Source: Proteromonas lacertae (taxonomy: Eukaryota). From it: a DNA stretch of 64,000 nucleotides. The stretch covers positions 682,001 to 746,000 of the forward strand of contig NGBS01001160.1 in the NCBI GenBank assembly GCA_002245135.1. Direction: 5' to 3'. How positions within the stretch are numbered: position 1 is the stretch's first letter; each line of letters begins with the position of its first letter. The position numbers and the translations under genes are program-made. The notes below the pieces were generated by a model, which did not search any database, had not been told where the DNA came from, and saw only the letters and a list, made by a program, of their open reading frames with translations. Shown here one piece after another: positions 49,316 to 63,078 of the stretch.

Positions 49316-52300
49316 ATGAATTTTCTAGCAAAACTGCAAGACACTGCAGGATTATTCCTGCAATCAGTTGGTCAAGCCATTGAAGATACGGAATTCGATA
49401 TAATGTTTCAAGATCAACTCGAAGATCCAAATAAAGTATTCTCTTCATGTTCATTACTGTCTAGACATTCAGAAAAATGTATGAAGAACTAAAAATCGAG
49501 ATTGTAAATACCACAAGGTTGTTTAAAGATAAAAGACAAATTCAAGATGTATATTTAACCCTTTATATTTTTATTTATATAGAATGTGATAGCAGAGTTG
49601 ATTGAAAAGTTGAAACAACATGGAGAAGAAATCGATTATGATCCAAAGGAAATGCCAATCGAATTCGCATTAGAAAATGGTGAGCCAGAAGATTTAAAAC
49701 GAGAATTGAACAATTTGTATATCAAATACAAGAACTTAGAAGAAATCTGTAATTCTCTAAGAGATAGTGGAACTGAGAATGAAATGAAGGTAGTTCAGTT
49801 AAAAGATGCAATTGTAAAGTTAGTGAAAGATCATGATGAAGAAACTCAAACATTAAAACAAGCTTTACAAACAAATCAAATCAGTGATGTGAAAGAATTA
49901 ACCAACAAGATAAACGATTTGCAGGAAAAATATAACAAATCAAAAACTGATAATGATGTATATATGCATACAAATATATATAAATAAATAGAAATTGGTT
50001 GATGAAAATGATGAATTACAAACTGAATTAAAGAATATTAAATCCAAGTATGATGATTTACAGGTAAACTATGAAGTATTTGAAAGTAAGATTCAAGCAT
50101 ATCAACAATTGATTGAACAGAATAATGTTGATACATCTCCAGAAAAGAAATCAAGAAGTGGAAGTGCCGAAAAAATCCCCACAAACCCACAAGAACATTC
50201 TGAGAATATTCCTGAAGGTATAATCACTTCATCATCAGTAAGTGATGCTGAATTGAATGAATTGAAGCAAAAGTTACAACAATCTCAAAGTGAATGGGAA
50301 AATTTAGAAGTTACTTATATAAGACAAATAAAAGAATTAAAATCTAAAGTAAATGATTTAGAAACAAAGTTAGCTGATAATTCCAGTATAAATGTCGATA
50401 AATTGACAGATTCAAGTAATGAAATTGAAGAATTAAAGAAAAATATTGAATCTAATTTATCAATTATCAATTCAAAACAAGAAGAAATCCAATCATTAAA
50501 TAGTAAAATAGAAGAATTAACAGGTGAAATAGAAAAGAAAAATGAAGAAATTAAGAGTAATAAAGATACTATAGAAAGTATGAATAAAACCATCGAGTTA
50601 TTGAAATCTGATAATAACAGTGAAACTCAGAATATTATAAGTGAAAGAGATAATAAATATAAAGAATATGAAGAGAGGATAAAGAATATTCAATCAGAAA
50701 TTACTCAACAGAATGAAGAAAAACAGAAATTAGAAAATGAATTAAATGACATGAAAGAGAAGGTAAATCAATTGGATCAAAGTAATGATGAAAAAGTGAA
50801 AGAATTAGAGAATGTTAAATCAGAATTGAATAATAAAATAGAAGAAAAAGAAAATGAATTAAATGAAATAAAGAAAAACAATGAAGATGAAATGAAGTTA
50901 TTGAATACACAAATTAGTGAATTAAATGGTAAATTAGATGAAAAACAGAATGAATTAGATGATAATAAAACTCAATTAGAATCACAGATAAATGAATTGA
51001 AAGTAAAAATAACAGAATTAGAATCTGCAATAAGTGATAAAGAAAAGGAAGTTACTGAAATAAAAGAGAATAATGAAAAGGAAGTAAATGAATTGAATAC
51101 AAAGAAAAGTGAATTAGAGAATGAAATAGATAATAAGAATAAAGAGATAAATGATAATAAAATAAATTATGACAATGAAATACAGTTATTGAATACACAA
51201 ATTGGTGAATTAAAGAATGAAATAGAAAGGAAAGAAAGTGATTTTAATCAAGCCAAGACTGAATATGAAAGCAGTATAAACGAATTGAAAGAAAAACAAA
51301 GTCAATTGGAAAATGAAATTAAAAGAATAAATGAAGAAAATACTCAAGAAATTGAAAGATTAAAACAATCATTTGAATCAGAAAAAGAAGAATTAATTAA
51401 TACCAAAACAACTGAATTTAATAAACAAATTGAAGATCTAAAACAAGAAAATGAACAAAGAATAGCAACAATTCAAAGTGAAAATGAGAATCAAATGAAT
51501 GAGTTGAGAAATAGTAAAGATAATGAAATAAATGAATTAAAATCATCGCATGAAGAAGAGTTTAAAAGAATAAATGAAGAAAATGAAAATAAAGTTAATG
51601 AAATAAACCAAAACTATGAGAATCAATTGAAAGAAATAAATGAAAATAAAGAAGCAGAAATAGAAAATATGAAACAAGAAAATCAAAAAAGAATTGAAGA
51701 AATAGAAGAAAGTAATAAAAACAGTATTAATGAAATAAATGAAAATCATACAAAGGAAATAGAAAAGATAAATAATGAATATGAAGAAAAGATAAAGCAA
51801 ATTGAAGTAGATAAACAAGTATAAATATAATAATAATAATAATAATATTGAATAGAATGAGTTAGAAGAAATGGAAAAGAAAACCGTTCAACGTATTGCA
51901 GAATACAAAACACTCTATGAAAAGGAATGTAAATTACGAAAGAAACTAAATAATGAATTGATAGAAATAAGAGGTAATATCCGTGTCTTCTGTAGAGTTC
52001 GTCCATTATTAAATGTAGAAAAGAAGAGTGGAGATAGTGCCAAAATCATTACATCCTTCCCAGTAGATGGAGAAATTCATATATCAAAAGAAGATGGAGA
52101 TAAAAACTTTGAATATGATTACGTTTTCCAGCCAACTAGTACTCAAGAAGAAGTATTTAATGAAGTTGCTCCATTTGTGACCAGTGCAATGGATGGATTT
52201 AATATCTGTATATTTGCTTATGGTCAAACTGGAAGTGGTAAAACTTTCACTATGCAAGGTCCAGATGATAATCCTGGTGTTAATTCTAGAGCATTAATGA

Positions 52301-53154
52301 GATTATTTGAATTACATAATCAATTGAAGAATGAATATGAATACAATTTTTCTGTATTTATTTATAAATTTATATTTATATTTTTTCAATAGGTAAGTGT
52401 ATTAGAAATATATAATGAAACAGTAAGAGATTTATTATCAACAAAGAAAGAAAGTGTTAATTTAGATATTAGAATGAATAAAGATGGTAGTTTATATGTA
52501 CAAGGTTTAACCGCTACTACTGTAACTCAATACACTGATGTAACAAATGTATTAGAAAAGGCGGGAAAGAATAGATCTGTTGGTAGCCACAATTTCAATG
52601 AGCATTCCAGTAGATCTCATTTAGTATTAACTGTTTATATAAAAGCAAAGAATTTTAAAACAAAAGAACAATTTAGTTCAAAAATGAATTTGATTGATTT
52701 AGCTGGTAGTGAAAGAGTAAGTAAAACAGATGCATCTGGTGATCGATTAAAAGAAGCACAAAATATTAACAAATCACTTTCTGCACTTGGTGATGTTATT
52801 AATGCATTATCCAATAAGAGTAAACATATTCCTTATCGTAATTCAAAATTGACATATCTTCTACAAGACAGTTTATCAGGTAATTCAAAAGTATTGATGT
52901 TTGTTAATGTTAGTCCTGCTAATTATAATGCTTCAGAAACTGTTTGTTCTTTATCGTTTGCCGAGAGATGTAGAAAGACTGAATTAGGTAATGCTTTGAA
53001 GAATACTAATCAATCTGTTGAAGTAGCAAGATTAAAGAGTTTAGTTGAAAGTTTACAATCTCAACTGAAAATATTACCAAGTCCATCTCCTGTAACACCT
53101 GCAACTGATGCTGATGAAGTAAGTTCAATAACATCTACACCTAAAACGGAATAA
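49316..53154 (+). CDS. Kinesin-14 (C-terminal motor, KIFC3-like) with very long coiled coil
   Basis: Neck RKKLNNELIEIRGNIRVFCRVRP, then FAYGQTGSGKT, NEHSSRSH, LIDLAGSER and HIPYRNSKLT. Confidence 0.95.
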
Positions 53155-53265
53155 TTAATGAAATTTATTATTATGATTGATGTGTTTTCTTTATTAATAT
53201 TAAAGAAGATAGGCAAAAATAAAATAAAAACATATGAATAAAAACAATAATCAATATTTACTATT

Positions 53266-56200
53266 TTATACTTTAGTTCCACGCTTCTTCACTGGAGCTT
53301 TCGATGCTCCACCATGACTTGATTTTACTCTACGACAATAGCAAATTAAACAGCAAACTACAAGAATAATTAACACACCAACAGCTGCAGCAACACCAAT
53401 TATGATATACATTGTAGTATCATCTAATCCTTCTTTTTTAGCTTCAGGAGGTTTTGGAACTACTACTTGTTGTATAGGCGCTTCAATTCTTTTTATAAAT
53501 GTGTATAATGTAGATGACTCAAGTTTATTACCTAGTGCTTCTTTATAAGCTTTTTCGAATGATTCTTTAGCTTGGAAATTAGGTAAATTTTCTTCAACTC
53601 TTGCTTGTGTAACTGTTTCTTTATCTGTTACTATATAAGCATTGAATTCTACTGATTCATCAACAAGAATTCTTCTTCTTCCATTACTTTTCACTGCAAC
53701 TACTTGAACTCGATTTTTACAATTATCTTTTATACCTAAAACTGCACAAATACCTTGTCTTAATCCTTCGATATCTTCCATTAATAAATCATCTATTGTT
53801 ACATTCTTTGCTGTAAATTTAAAAACTACTGTCAAATTATTTTCTTCATTATGAATAATTGGATTTGTACAGTTAGTTGTTAATAAATCACTCCAAATAC
53901 CACCACTCAAACATTCTATTCTTTGATTTCCTATTTTACCATCTAAACATGGTGAATCAAATTTAGATCCTTTCACAGATGTTGGATAAATACCTTTTGC
54001 AACACATCGATAATCATCAGCAATATACACCATCAAAGGAAATGGATCAGATTCTTTATTACCTGTAGATGCTGTAATACCAATTATTTGAATATTATCT
54101 ATAGGATTAGTTGATGTTGGAATTCCTTTTATTGATCCATCAGTTGGATTACCACTTACACCATCTGGTAAATTTTCAAATGTCCATGTCAACAATGGAA
54201 ATATGTTTGCATCATACTCTGGAATCAAATTAATTTCATCTTTTCCTAATCTATATCCTTTCTCTTGTGGAGTATAGGTAAATACTGGTTTAGCTTCTTT
54301 ACAAGTATTATCAAGAGGTATAAATACAGCAATATAATCACTACCAGACTGTTTAATTGTACATCTTGCATTCATTGTACCTTCTTCTCCTTGCTTACAA
54401 CTTCCCTTAGCTATTTCACCAGCATTAACTTCTGGATAAATTTCATCTTTTTCACATTTTAATTGAATTACATTTATCACTAATTTATATTCAGTATCTG
54501 TATCTCCATGAACAATCACTGTAAATTCAGGTGAATTTTGAGTATCTTCAGTTGGAACTCCGATTATTACACCTGTTTTACCATCTAATCTTAAACCACC
54601 TGGAGATTTATTATCTTTCCATTCAAACGATATTGTATCTGGAGGATTACTTACAACTGGTCTTATTTCTAATGCAAATGCTACATATAATTTATCTGGA
54701 ATATTCCATTCCACATTCGTTGGATAAGCATCATGACAATTGTTATCATTTTGTTGAAATTGATATGGAGGATCAGTTTTCATACACATGGCTGTAATTG
54801 TTCCATAAAGAGGAGGTGTACATTTCTTAGTTGCTGTTCCACCTACTTGAGTTCTTGGAAAACCATCTCCTTCACAGACTGGAGCATATATTTTGAAATC
54901 ATGTTTTTGTTCAATACTAATATCACCTATAACAGTAACAGTTGCTTCTGCTATATATGAACTACCTTTAGGGAAAACTGCCATCACATTAGAAACTGAA
55001 ATACCTGTAGGAAGAGGTGGATCAAATGTGATATTGTATTTATAATTGCTTGGTTCAATTGTATAAAACACATTTTTATTTCCATCTGTAACTATTGTTG
55101 ATGATTCAGAATTAAATTCAAATAATGTAGGATAAGCTTCGTCTATTATAATAAATAATAATTATAAAATAAATATACGACAACCAGAATTGGATGGATC
55201 TTCCCATTCTACATCATATGTTGTTTTATCGATTATTTTACATACTCTAGTTATATCTCCATATTCTTTTCCTTCTTCTCCTAATGTTGAACATGGTTTA
55301 GTACCTGTTTTACCTGGAAATGTCACTGCAAATCCACCATCTTCAGCACAATATTTGGCTGTGATTTTCAAATTAAAAGTAGCAGAAGTAGCAGTATTAC
55401 TAACTGTATGTTGTGCTTCATAACCATCTAATTGATCAGTGTTTGTTCCAGATATAATTCCTGTTCTACAATTCAATGTCAATCCTTGGGGTAATTCTGG
55501 ATCAATAGAGCAACTTCCAATCACAGTTTCTGGTTGAATTGCTGGTGGATTACTCTTAAACTCAATACCTGTAATCAACTCCATATCTTCATACTCTAAC
55601 TCTTCTGTAACTTTTTGGACTATTGTAATAGTAAGAGGGAAGGTATTCTTTCCATCTAAATTCTCTATAATAACATTGAATTTATATTCTTCATATATAG
55701 CTTCTGGTGTTCCAGATATAACACCAGTGTTACTATCAAAGATCAAACCACCAGGAAATTCACCACTAATACTGATATTTGAATGATAATGTTCTGTAAT
55801 TGGCTCGATAGGCTCAATCTCTTGTAAAGCTACAAATTGATATTCAGATTCTGGATATGTAATAGTTGGTGTAATATATGCTATAAGTTATTAAAAATAA
55901 TAATATATTTATACTGCATCTAGCGTTTGGAACCCATATTGGTGGTATGTAATTAGTAGAACAGACATATTCGCCAGCTACATTTTTATAAATATCACTG
56001 TAACTACTACAATCATGTACAGCTAATGTTTGCCCAGCTTCTGTTTTAGGAAAAATGCCATCATCACAATAAGATACTATAACATTATAATAATTAAAGA
56101 AATATACTTTCAGAAGTAATTGTAACAACCAAACTACCTGTGTCTTCTGCTAAAGCTCCTACATATGATACTGTACATTCTAAATCAACTTCTTCAGCTT

Positions 56201-57904
56201 CGGTATTACCATAAATGACACCAAATTTATTAATCTTAATGTTATTTGCTATTATACTTTCTCCACAATCGATTGTAAATGACTCAGCTAAACCTTCATA
56301 AAATGGGATAAACACATTTTTTAATCCAATGAAGAATGTCAACTTATTCTCATTTCCATATGAAAACTCAGATATTTTCATTGGTTTACAATGTTCTTCC
56401 ACTTCTGGATAAAAACCATCATCTCTACATCTCTTAATAGTACCTCCAAATTCACCTTCTGGACATACTTTAACACCATAACTGCCACTAACTGAATCAG
56501 AATAATCATCAGATACACATTTATCCATTCTCTTATATTGAACAGTAAACTCTCCAATTTCTAGATAATTACCATAGGCAATATTATAAGCAAAATTTTC
56601 ATATATTATAATTCTATATCCTTCATAAAAATGATGATTTGGATTATTCAATGGATATGTTTTTACACTTTCCCATCCTAAATTAGAAGGATTCTCTTGA
56701 GTATGTTCATACAAATCTTCCCATACAATTTTTTCTGTTTCTTCTCTCATACGCATGGTTGCTTGAATTATATAAGATTTTGGAAATACATAATTGTTTG
56801 TTACTGTAATAAAGTATACTTGGTTAATATATTTTGCTTTGTTATGGAAATTACAAGTAATAGTGTTTGGAAATAGTGAAGATTCGTCTCCAGCTGTTCC
56901 TTCTAATCCAAATTTTACTTTATTACCATCAATTAATCTTATAAGAGAAGGATCCTTTGTTTTCCCATTTTTTTCTAGCGTTATATTCATACCTGTTGAA
57001 CTTAACTCATTTACCATAGTTTGTGTCACTGCTTCATTATTATTACCTAAAATTCCACTTACTTCTACATATACAGTTTTATCTACACTTAAACTACTTC
57101 TAGTTGAATGTAATACAATTGCAACAGTATTATTTCCATTGATAAATAATTCTTTTGGGGCATATAATTCATAATTCTCAACTGATATTTCTTCATCAGC
57201 ATATTGATTAAATACTCCTGCATTTTCAATTCCAATACCTCTTGCATACACTTTAAAACCATTTAGATATAAAGCAAATGATGTGTTAGCTGTTATCTTA
57301 ATTAAAAATTGTTCTAAATTATTTAAATCAAAAGTCAATTCAAAAGTATTTCTATAGTATATTGTAGCATCACCAATACTACTTGGTAGATTATTTGGCG
57401 AAGTATACACCCATACATACGGATGTAACATTGGATTGAAGATATTTAAATTCCAATTTTCTACTGGGGGAGTATCAACACTTTGATATACATACCAATA
57501 ATCACTGAGAGATATAAACACAGGAGGAACATCATCACCTTCTTTAACTTTCTTAGAAATCACATTTAGTGAACTAACGGCAAATTCAACATCATAACTA
57601 TCAGGTGTTTTTGCTGAAATGATGATGAACTTTGTATAGATTGTTTTCACATCTTTCTTTCAACAATCCAACAATTCTATCTTCAATTAACTCAAGACCT
57701 TTAGGCAACTTTGGTGTAATTTCAATAGTTCCAATTTGCTGAGAACATCTAATTTGCATATTAATCTTTTCATTTAGAAATAATTTGAGATCATCAAGTT
57801 TCTCGCATCTAAATGGTGTTATCGAATCTATATTAAAGAGATGATACAACATTCATACATGATGAACTGATTAATAAAAGGAATGTTAATAATAAAGTAC
57901 TCAT
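53266..57904 (-). CDS. Putative-Ig (He_PIG-like) repeat type I surface protein, array copy 1 (one apparent +1 frameshift)
   Basis: Signal peptide MSTLLLTFLLLISSS, galactose-binding-like domains, LPxGLxL...TGxISG repeats alternating with Cys-rich modules, TM YIIIGVAAAVGVLIILVVCC. Frameshift near 57625. Confidence 0.85.
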
Positions 57905-58180
57905 AAAAGAAACAAACTACAAAAACGTACAGTTACTTTTTCTCTCTTTGATTATCAAAGTTTCTACGATTCTGACCAATCAAATTACAGAAATTAGATT
58001 TCAGTGTCGTTTCAAAATACTCCAATTTTTAAAGAGTATGGAGCATAATTTTGATGAATACATTCTACTAGATAAAATAGTTATTGATGCATAATCGTTA
58101 TGTCATCATAAACAAAACAATAATTGAAATAATTACACTACTTTATCAATTTAATAAACTTACTTCACTATTTTATTACT

Positions 58181-61100
58181 TTATACTTTAGTTCCACGCT
58201 TCTTCACTGGAGCTTTTGAGGATGGAGCATGAGTAGCACTAACTCTTCTGCAGTAGCATATAAAACAGCAAACTACAAGAATAATTAACACACCAACAGC
58301 TGCAGCAACACCAATTATGATATACATTGTAGTATCATCTAATCCTTCTTTTTTAGCTTCAGGAGGTTTGGGAACTACTACTTGTTGTTTAGGTGCAACA
58401 ATTTCATTTAATACACTACTCAATTTAGAAGTAGTGTCATCTTTATCAAATGCTGTGGCAAAGGCATCTAAGAAAGTCTTTTTAGCTTGGAAATTAGGTA
58501 AATTTTCTTCAACTCTTGCTTGTGTAACTGTTTCTTTATCTGTTACTATATAAGCATTGAATTCTACTGATTCATCAACAAGAATTCTTCTTCTTCCATT
58601 ACTTTTCACTGCAACTACTTGAACTCGATTTTTACAATTATCTTTTATACCTAAAACTGCACAAATACCTTGTCTTAATCCTTCAATATCTTTTATCTGT
58701 AAATCATCTATTGTTACTTTTTTGGCAGTAAATGAATATACAACTGTCAAATTATTTTCTTCATTATGAATAATTGGATTTGTACAGTTAGTTGTTAATA
58801 AATCACTCCAAATACCACCACTCAAACATTCTATTCTTTGATTTCCTATTTTACCATCTAAACATGGTGAATCAAATTTAGATCCTTTCACAGATGTTGG
58901 ATATCTACCTTTTGTAACACATAAATAATCATTACCAATTTTTAATTCTAATATTAACTTATCAGAATGAGTATTAGCTGTAGATGCTGTAATACCGATT
59001 TTTACAGTATTATCATCACCAGTCGTTATTGGAATTCCCTTTATTGATCCATCGGTTGGATTACCACTTACACCATCTGGTAAATTCTCAAATGACCAAG
59101 CAAGATTATTAAATATGTTTGTATCATACTCTGGAATCAAACTAATTTCATCTTTTCCTAATATATATCCTTTTTCTTGAGGAGTATAGCTAAATACTGG
59201 TTTTCCCTCTCTACAGGTATCTTCAACTACAGTGTATTTTGCTCCATAATTACCACCACTTTGAGTTATTGTACATCTTGCATTTATATAACCATCTTGC
59301 CCTTGTTTGCAATTACCTTTTACCATCTCTCCAGCATTTGCTTCTGGATAAATATCATCTTTTTCACATCTTAATTGAATTACATTTAATCTCACTATAT
59401 ATTCTACATCAGCATCTCCATGAACTATTATTACAAATTCAGGTGAACTTTGAGTATCTTGAGTAGGAGTTCCAGTTATTACACCTGTCTTACCATCTAA
59501 TCTTATACCACCTGGTGATATACCATCTTTCCATTCAAACGATATTGTATCCGGAGCATCACTTATTATTGGATCAATTTTTGTTAATGCAAATGCTACA
59601 TATAATTTATCTGGAATATTCCATTCCACATTCGTTGGATAAGCATCATGACATCCACTATCATCTTCAGAAAATAAATATGGAGGAGGATTAGCTTCTT
59701 GACATGTTCCTATTACTGTTCCATAAAGAGGAGGTGTACATTTCTTAGTTGCTGTTTTCTTAACTTGTGTTCTTGGAAAACCATTTCCCTCACAGACTGG
59801 AGCATAGACTTTGAAATCATATTGATGAGTAATTTCAACATCACTACTTAGTGTTACACTAGCAGTTTCCATATATGAACTTCCTGAAGGAAACATTATT
59901 ACATTACCAGCAGCGATAGTACTAGATGGAGGAGGAGGATCTAATGTTATTTTATAATTAACACCTTCAGGTACTACTGTAAGCTTTACAGATTTAGGAC
60001 CATCTGTTACAACTGTTAATGCTGACTCTGGTATTTCAAAAGATTGTGGATAAGCTTCGTCTATTATAATAAATAATAATTATAAAATAAATATACGACA
60101 ACCAGAATTGGATGGATCTTCCCATTCTACATCATATGTTGTTTTATCGATTATTTTACATACTCTAGTTATATCTCCATATTCTTTTCCTTCTTCTCCT
60201 AATGTTGAACATGGTTTAGTACCTGTTTCACCTGGAAATGTCACTGCAAATCCATCTTCAGCATCACAATATTTGGCTGTGATTTTTATTGTAAATTCAT
60301 TACTACTTGTTCCACCACTATTACTAACTATATGTTTGGCTTCATAACCATCTAATTGATCAGTGTTTGTTCCAGATATAATTCCTGTTTTACAACTTAA
60401 TGTTAATCCTTCAGGTAACGGTGGTTCAATTGAACAACTTCCTATTGTTGAATCAGATTCAATTGTTGGAGGTGGACTTCTAAATCTAACACCTGTATAT
60501 AGATTCATGTCACTATATACGATGGATGTTGTTAATTTATTCACTATTTTTATGGTTAATCTTACTATACTATATGTATCTTCATTTTCAATTGTTATTT
60601 CAGTTTTATAGGTATTTGTTAAAGATTCAGTTGTACCACTTATTACACCAGTTTCTGGATCGATTTTGAATCCTTGAGGAGTTTCCTTTGAGAAATATAT
60701 CCTTGTATGACGTAGTTCGATGCTTAATGGTTCAACTGGTGTAATTTCAGTGTCTTTGACAAATTCGTATTCTGTTTCTGCATATTTAAGTATGGGTTTA
60801 TCATATTCTATTAATTAATACAACTAAAAACAATAAAACATACTACATCTATCAGTAGCGACAAATTTAGGAGGAAATGCTGGATAACAATAGTACTTCC
60901 CTGCATTATTATCAAATAATTCATCTAAATCTTTACACTTGGAAATTTCTGCATATTCTCCTGCAATGGTTACTGGATAATTCTCTTCTTCACAATACTG
61001 ATCTATTAAATACATATAATAAAAATTTAATGAATACTCTCACTTGATATTGTTACTGATGCTTTTCCTTCATCACCACCATCACCTATATAAGAGACAG

Positions 61101-62830
61101 TACAACTAACATCTTCATATGTGAAAAGAGGTACAGAATAAACAACACCATATTTGTTTACTTTAAATTCTGTATGTTCTTCGCCACAATCAATTGAGAA
61201 TGACTTTGCTAAGCCTTCATATGTTGGAACAAATGTATTATTGTAATTAACATAAAATTTAGTAATACCATCATTTGGATATACAAGATTGGATATTTGT
61301 TTTGGTTTACATTCATTTATTTCTTCATTACTAAATCCATCAGCTGTACATTCTTTCTTTATATATCCATATTGATCTTCTGGACAAAACTTAGTACCAT
61401 AACTTCCCATAACAGCACTTGAATATTCATCTTCAATACAATTCACCATACTTTTATATTTCACAACAAATTGAGTCATTTCTAAATAGTTTCCATATAA
61501 AACATTATATTCAAAATTACTTTTAATATTCAATCTATAACCTTCATATAAATGGAAATTTGGATTATTCATATCCCATGGAATCATATCTGTGGTTGGA
61601 TATCCATCAGGTTTATCTCTAGTTTCACTAAATATCTCTTCCCATACCGAATCAACTCCTTTTTCTCCAACCATATCCATTGTTCCTTCAACTGTAAATG
61701 TTTTTGGAAATACAACGTTATTTGATACTGTACCTAATACCAAATTATTAAAATATTTAGCATGGTTTGGAAATGAACATGTTATTTTGTTTGGAAATAT
61801 TGATGATTCATCACCATATATACCAGCTAACTGAAATTTGGTATTTTTTAAATCTATTAAATATTCAAATTCTGGATTCTTTGTTTCACCTTGTTTTTCT
61901 ACTGTCATATTCATTCCTCCAGATCCTACACTTGATAATGTTTGAACCACTGGTTCATCTGTTGATGACCAAGCAGATAAAGTAAAGGAAAATCGCTTCT
62001 CTTTATCTTCTTCACCTTCGTAAGCATGAACTGCGATTTCTATTGTGTTTTCACCATATATGAATAATTCTAAAGGCATATATAATTCATAGTCTTCTAC
62101 AGATACATTACGATATGCAGTTTTATTGAAATCACCAAAATCATCTAAACTAATACCTTTACTGAATATTCGATGACCATTTATTATTATTCCAAATGCA
62201 CCATCTACACTGATTATTCCTAACATTTGTTTCATATTATCAATTACATCATTCGTATAAGTGAAACTGGTTTTATAAAATACATACTTTTGACCTATGT
62301 TAGTAGGCAAATTGTTAGCTGGTGTATAAATCCATTCATATGGACTAACAGCTGGATTGAAAGAAGGATCTATCCAATCTTTGCCTGGTTCACCTGTAGG
62401 GTAAGTATATACATACCAATAACTACTGAGTGTAATATAATCTTCAATAGCTTGACTTTCTTTAACTCCTTTCTTATATTCTCTTAAATGAGTTATAGAA
62501 CCAAGAGTAAATTCATCATCATAGCTGTCAGGGGTTTGGGCTGAAGTGATATGAACTTTGTAAATATAATCTTTGCATCTTTGTTTCAACATTCCAACTA
62601 TTCTATCTTTTACCAATTCAAGACCTTTAGGTAATTTAGGTGTAATTTCAATAGTGCCAATTTGTTGAGAACATTTGAATGGTATATTAACCTTTTGATT
62701 TCTAAATAAATGAATGTCTGAAGTTTTATTACATGTAAATGGAGTTAGTGCATCTATATTATATAGATTCGACATTATACATACATGAAGAACCAACCAA
62801 CAATAACAGAAATAAAACTAAAAATCTCAT
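58181..62830 (-). CDS. Putative-Ig repeat type I surface protein, array copy 2
   Basis: ATG 62830 (MRFLVLFLLLLVGSS). Same architecture and intron positions as copy 1. Confidence 0.88.
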
Positions 62831-63078
62831 AATATTTTGTTTAAAAATGTATAGTTAGATTTTATGCTTAATAATCAAAGCAATTGATCTATCATCCAAT
62901 AGATCAAAGATTCAATTTTTTTAATTCTATTATGAATAACTCATTTTTAATGATTAAAAAATGATATTTAATTATATATAGTCTGATAAATAAAACAATT
63001 AGACATATATAATTGTCTAATGTTAGAAAATAAAATAATAAAAGAATGATAATAATTATACAACACTTCTTTTGAACT

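Noticed and set aside
49995..51824. Separate myosin-like or viral coiled-coil gene
   Set aside because: Splices in frame to the kinesin motor through short GT-AG introns.
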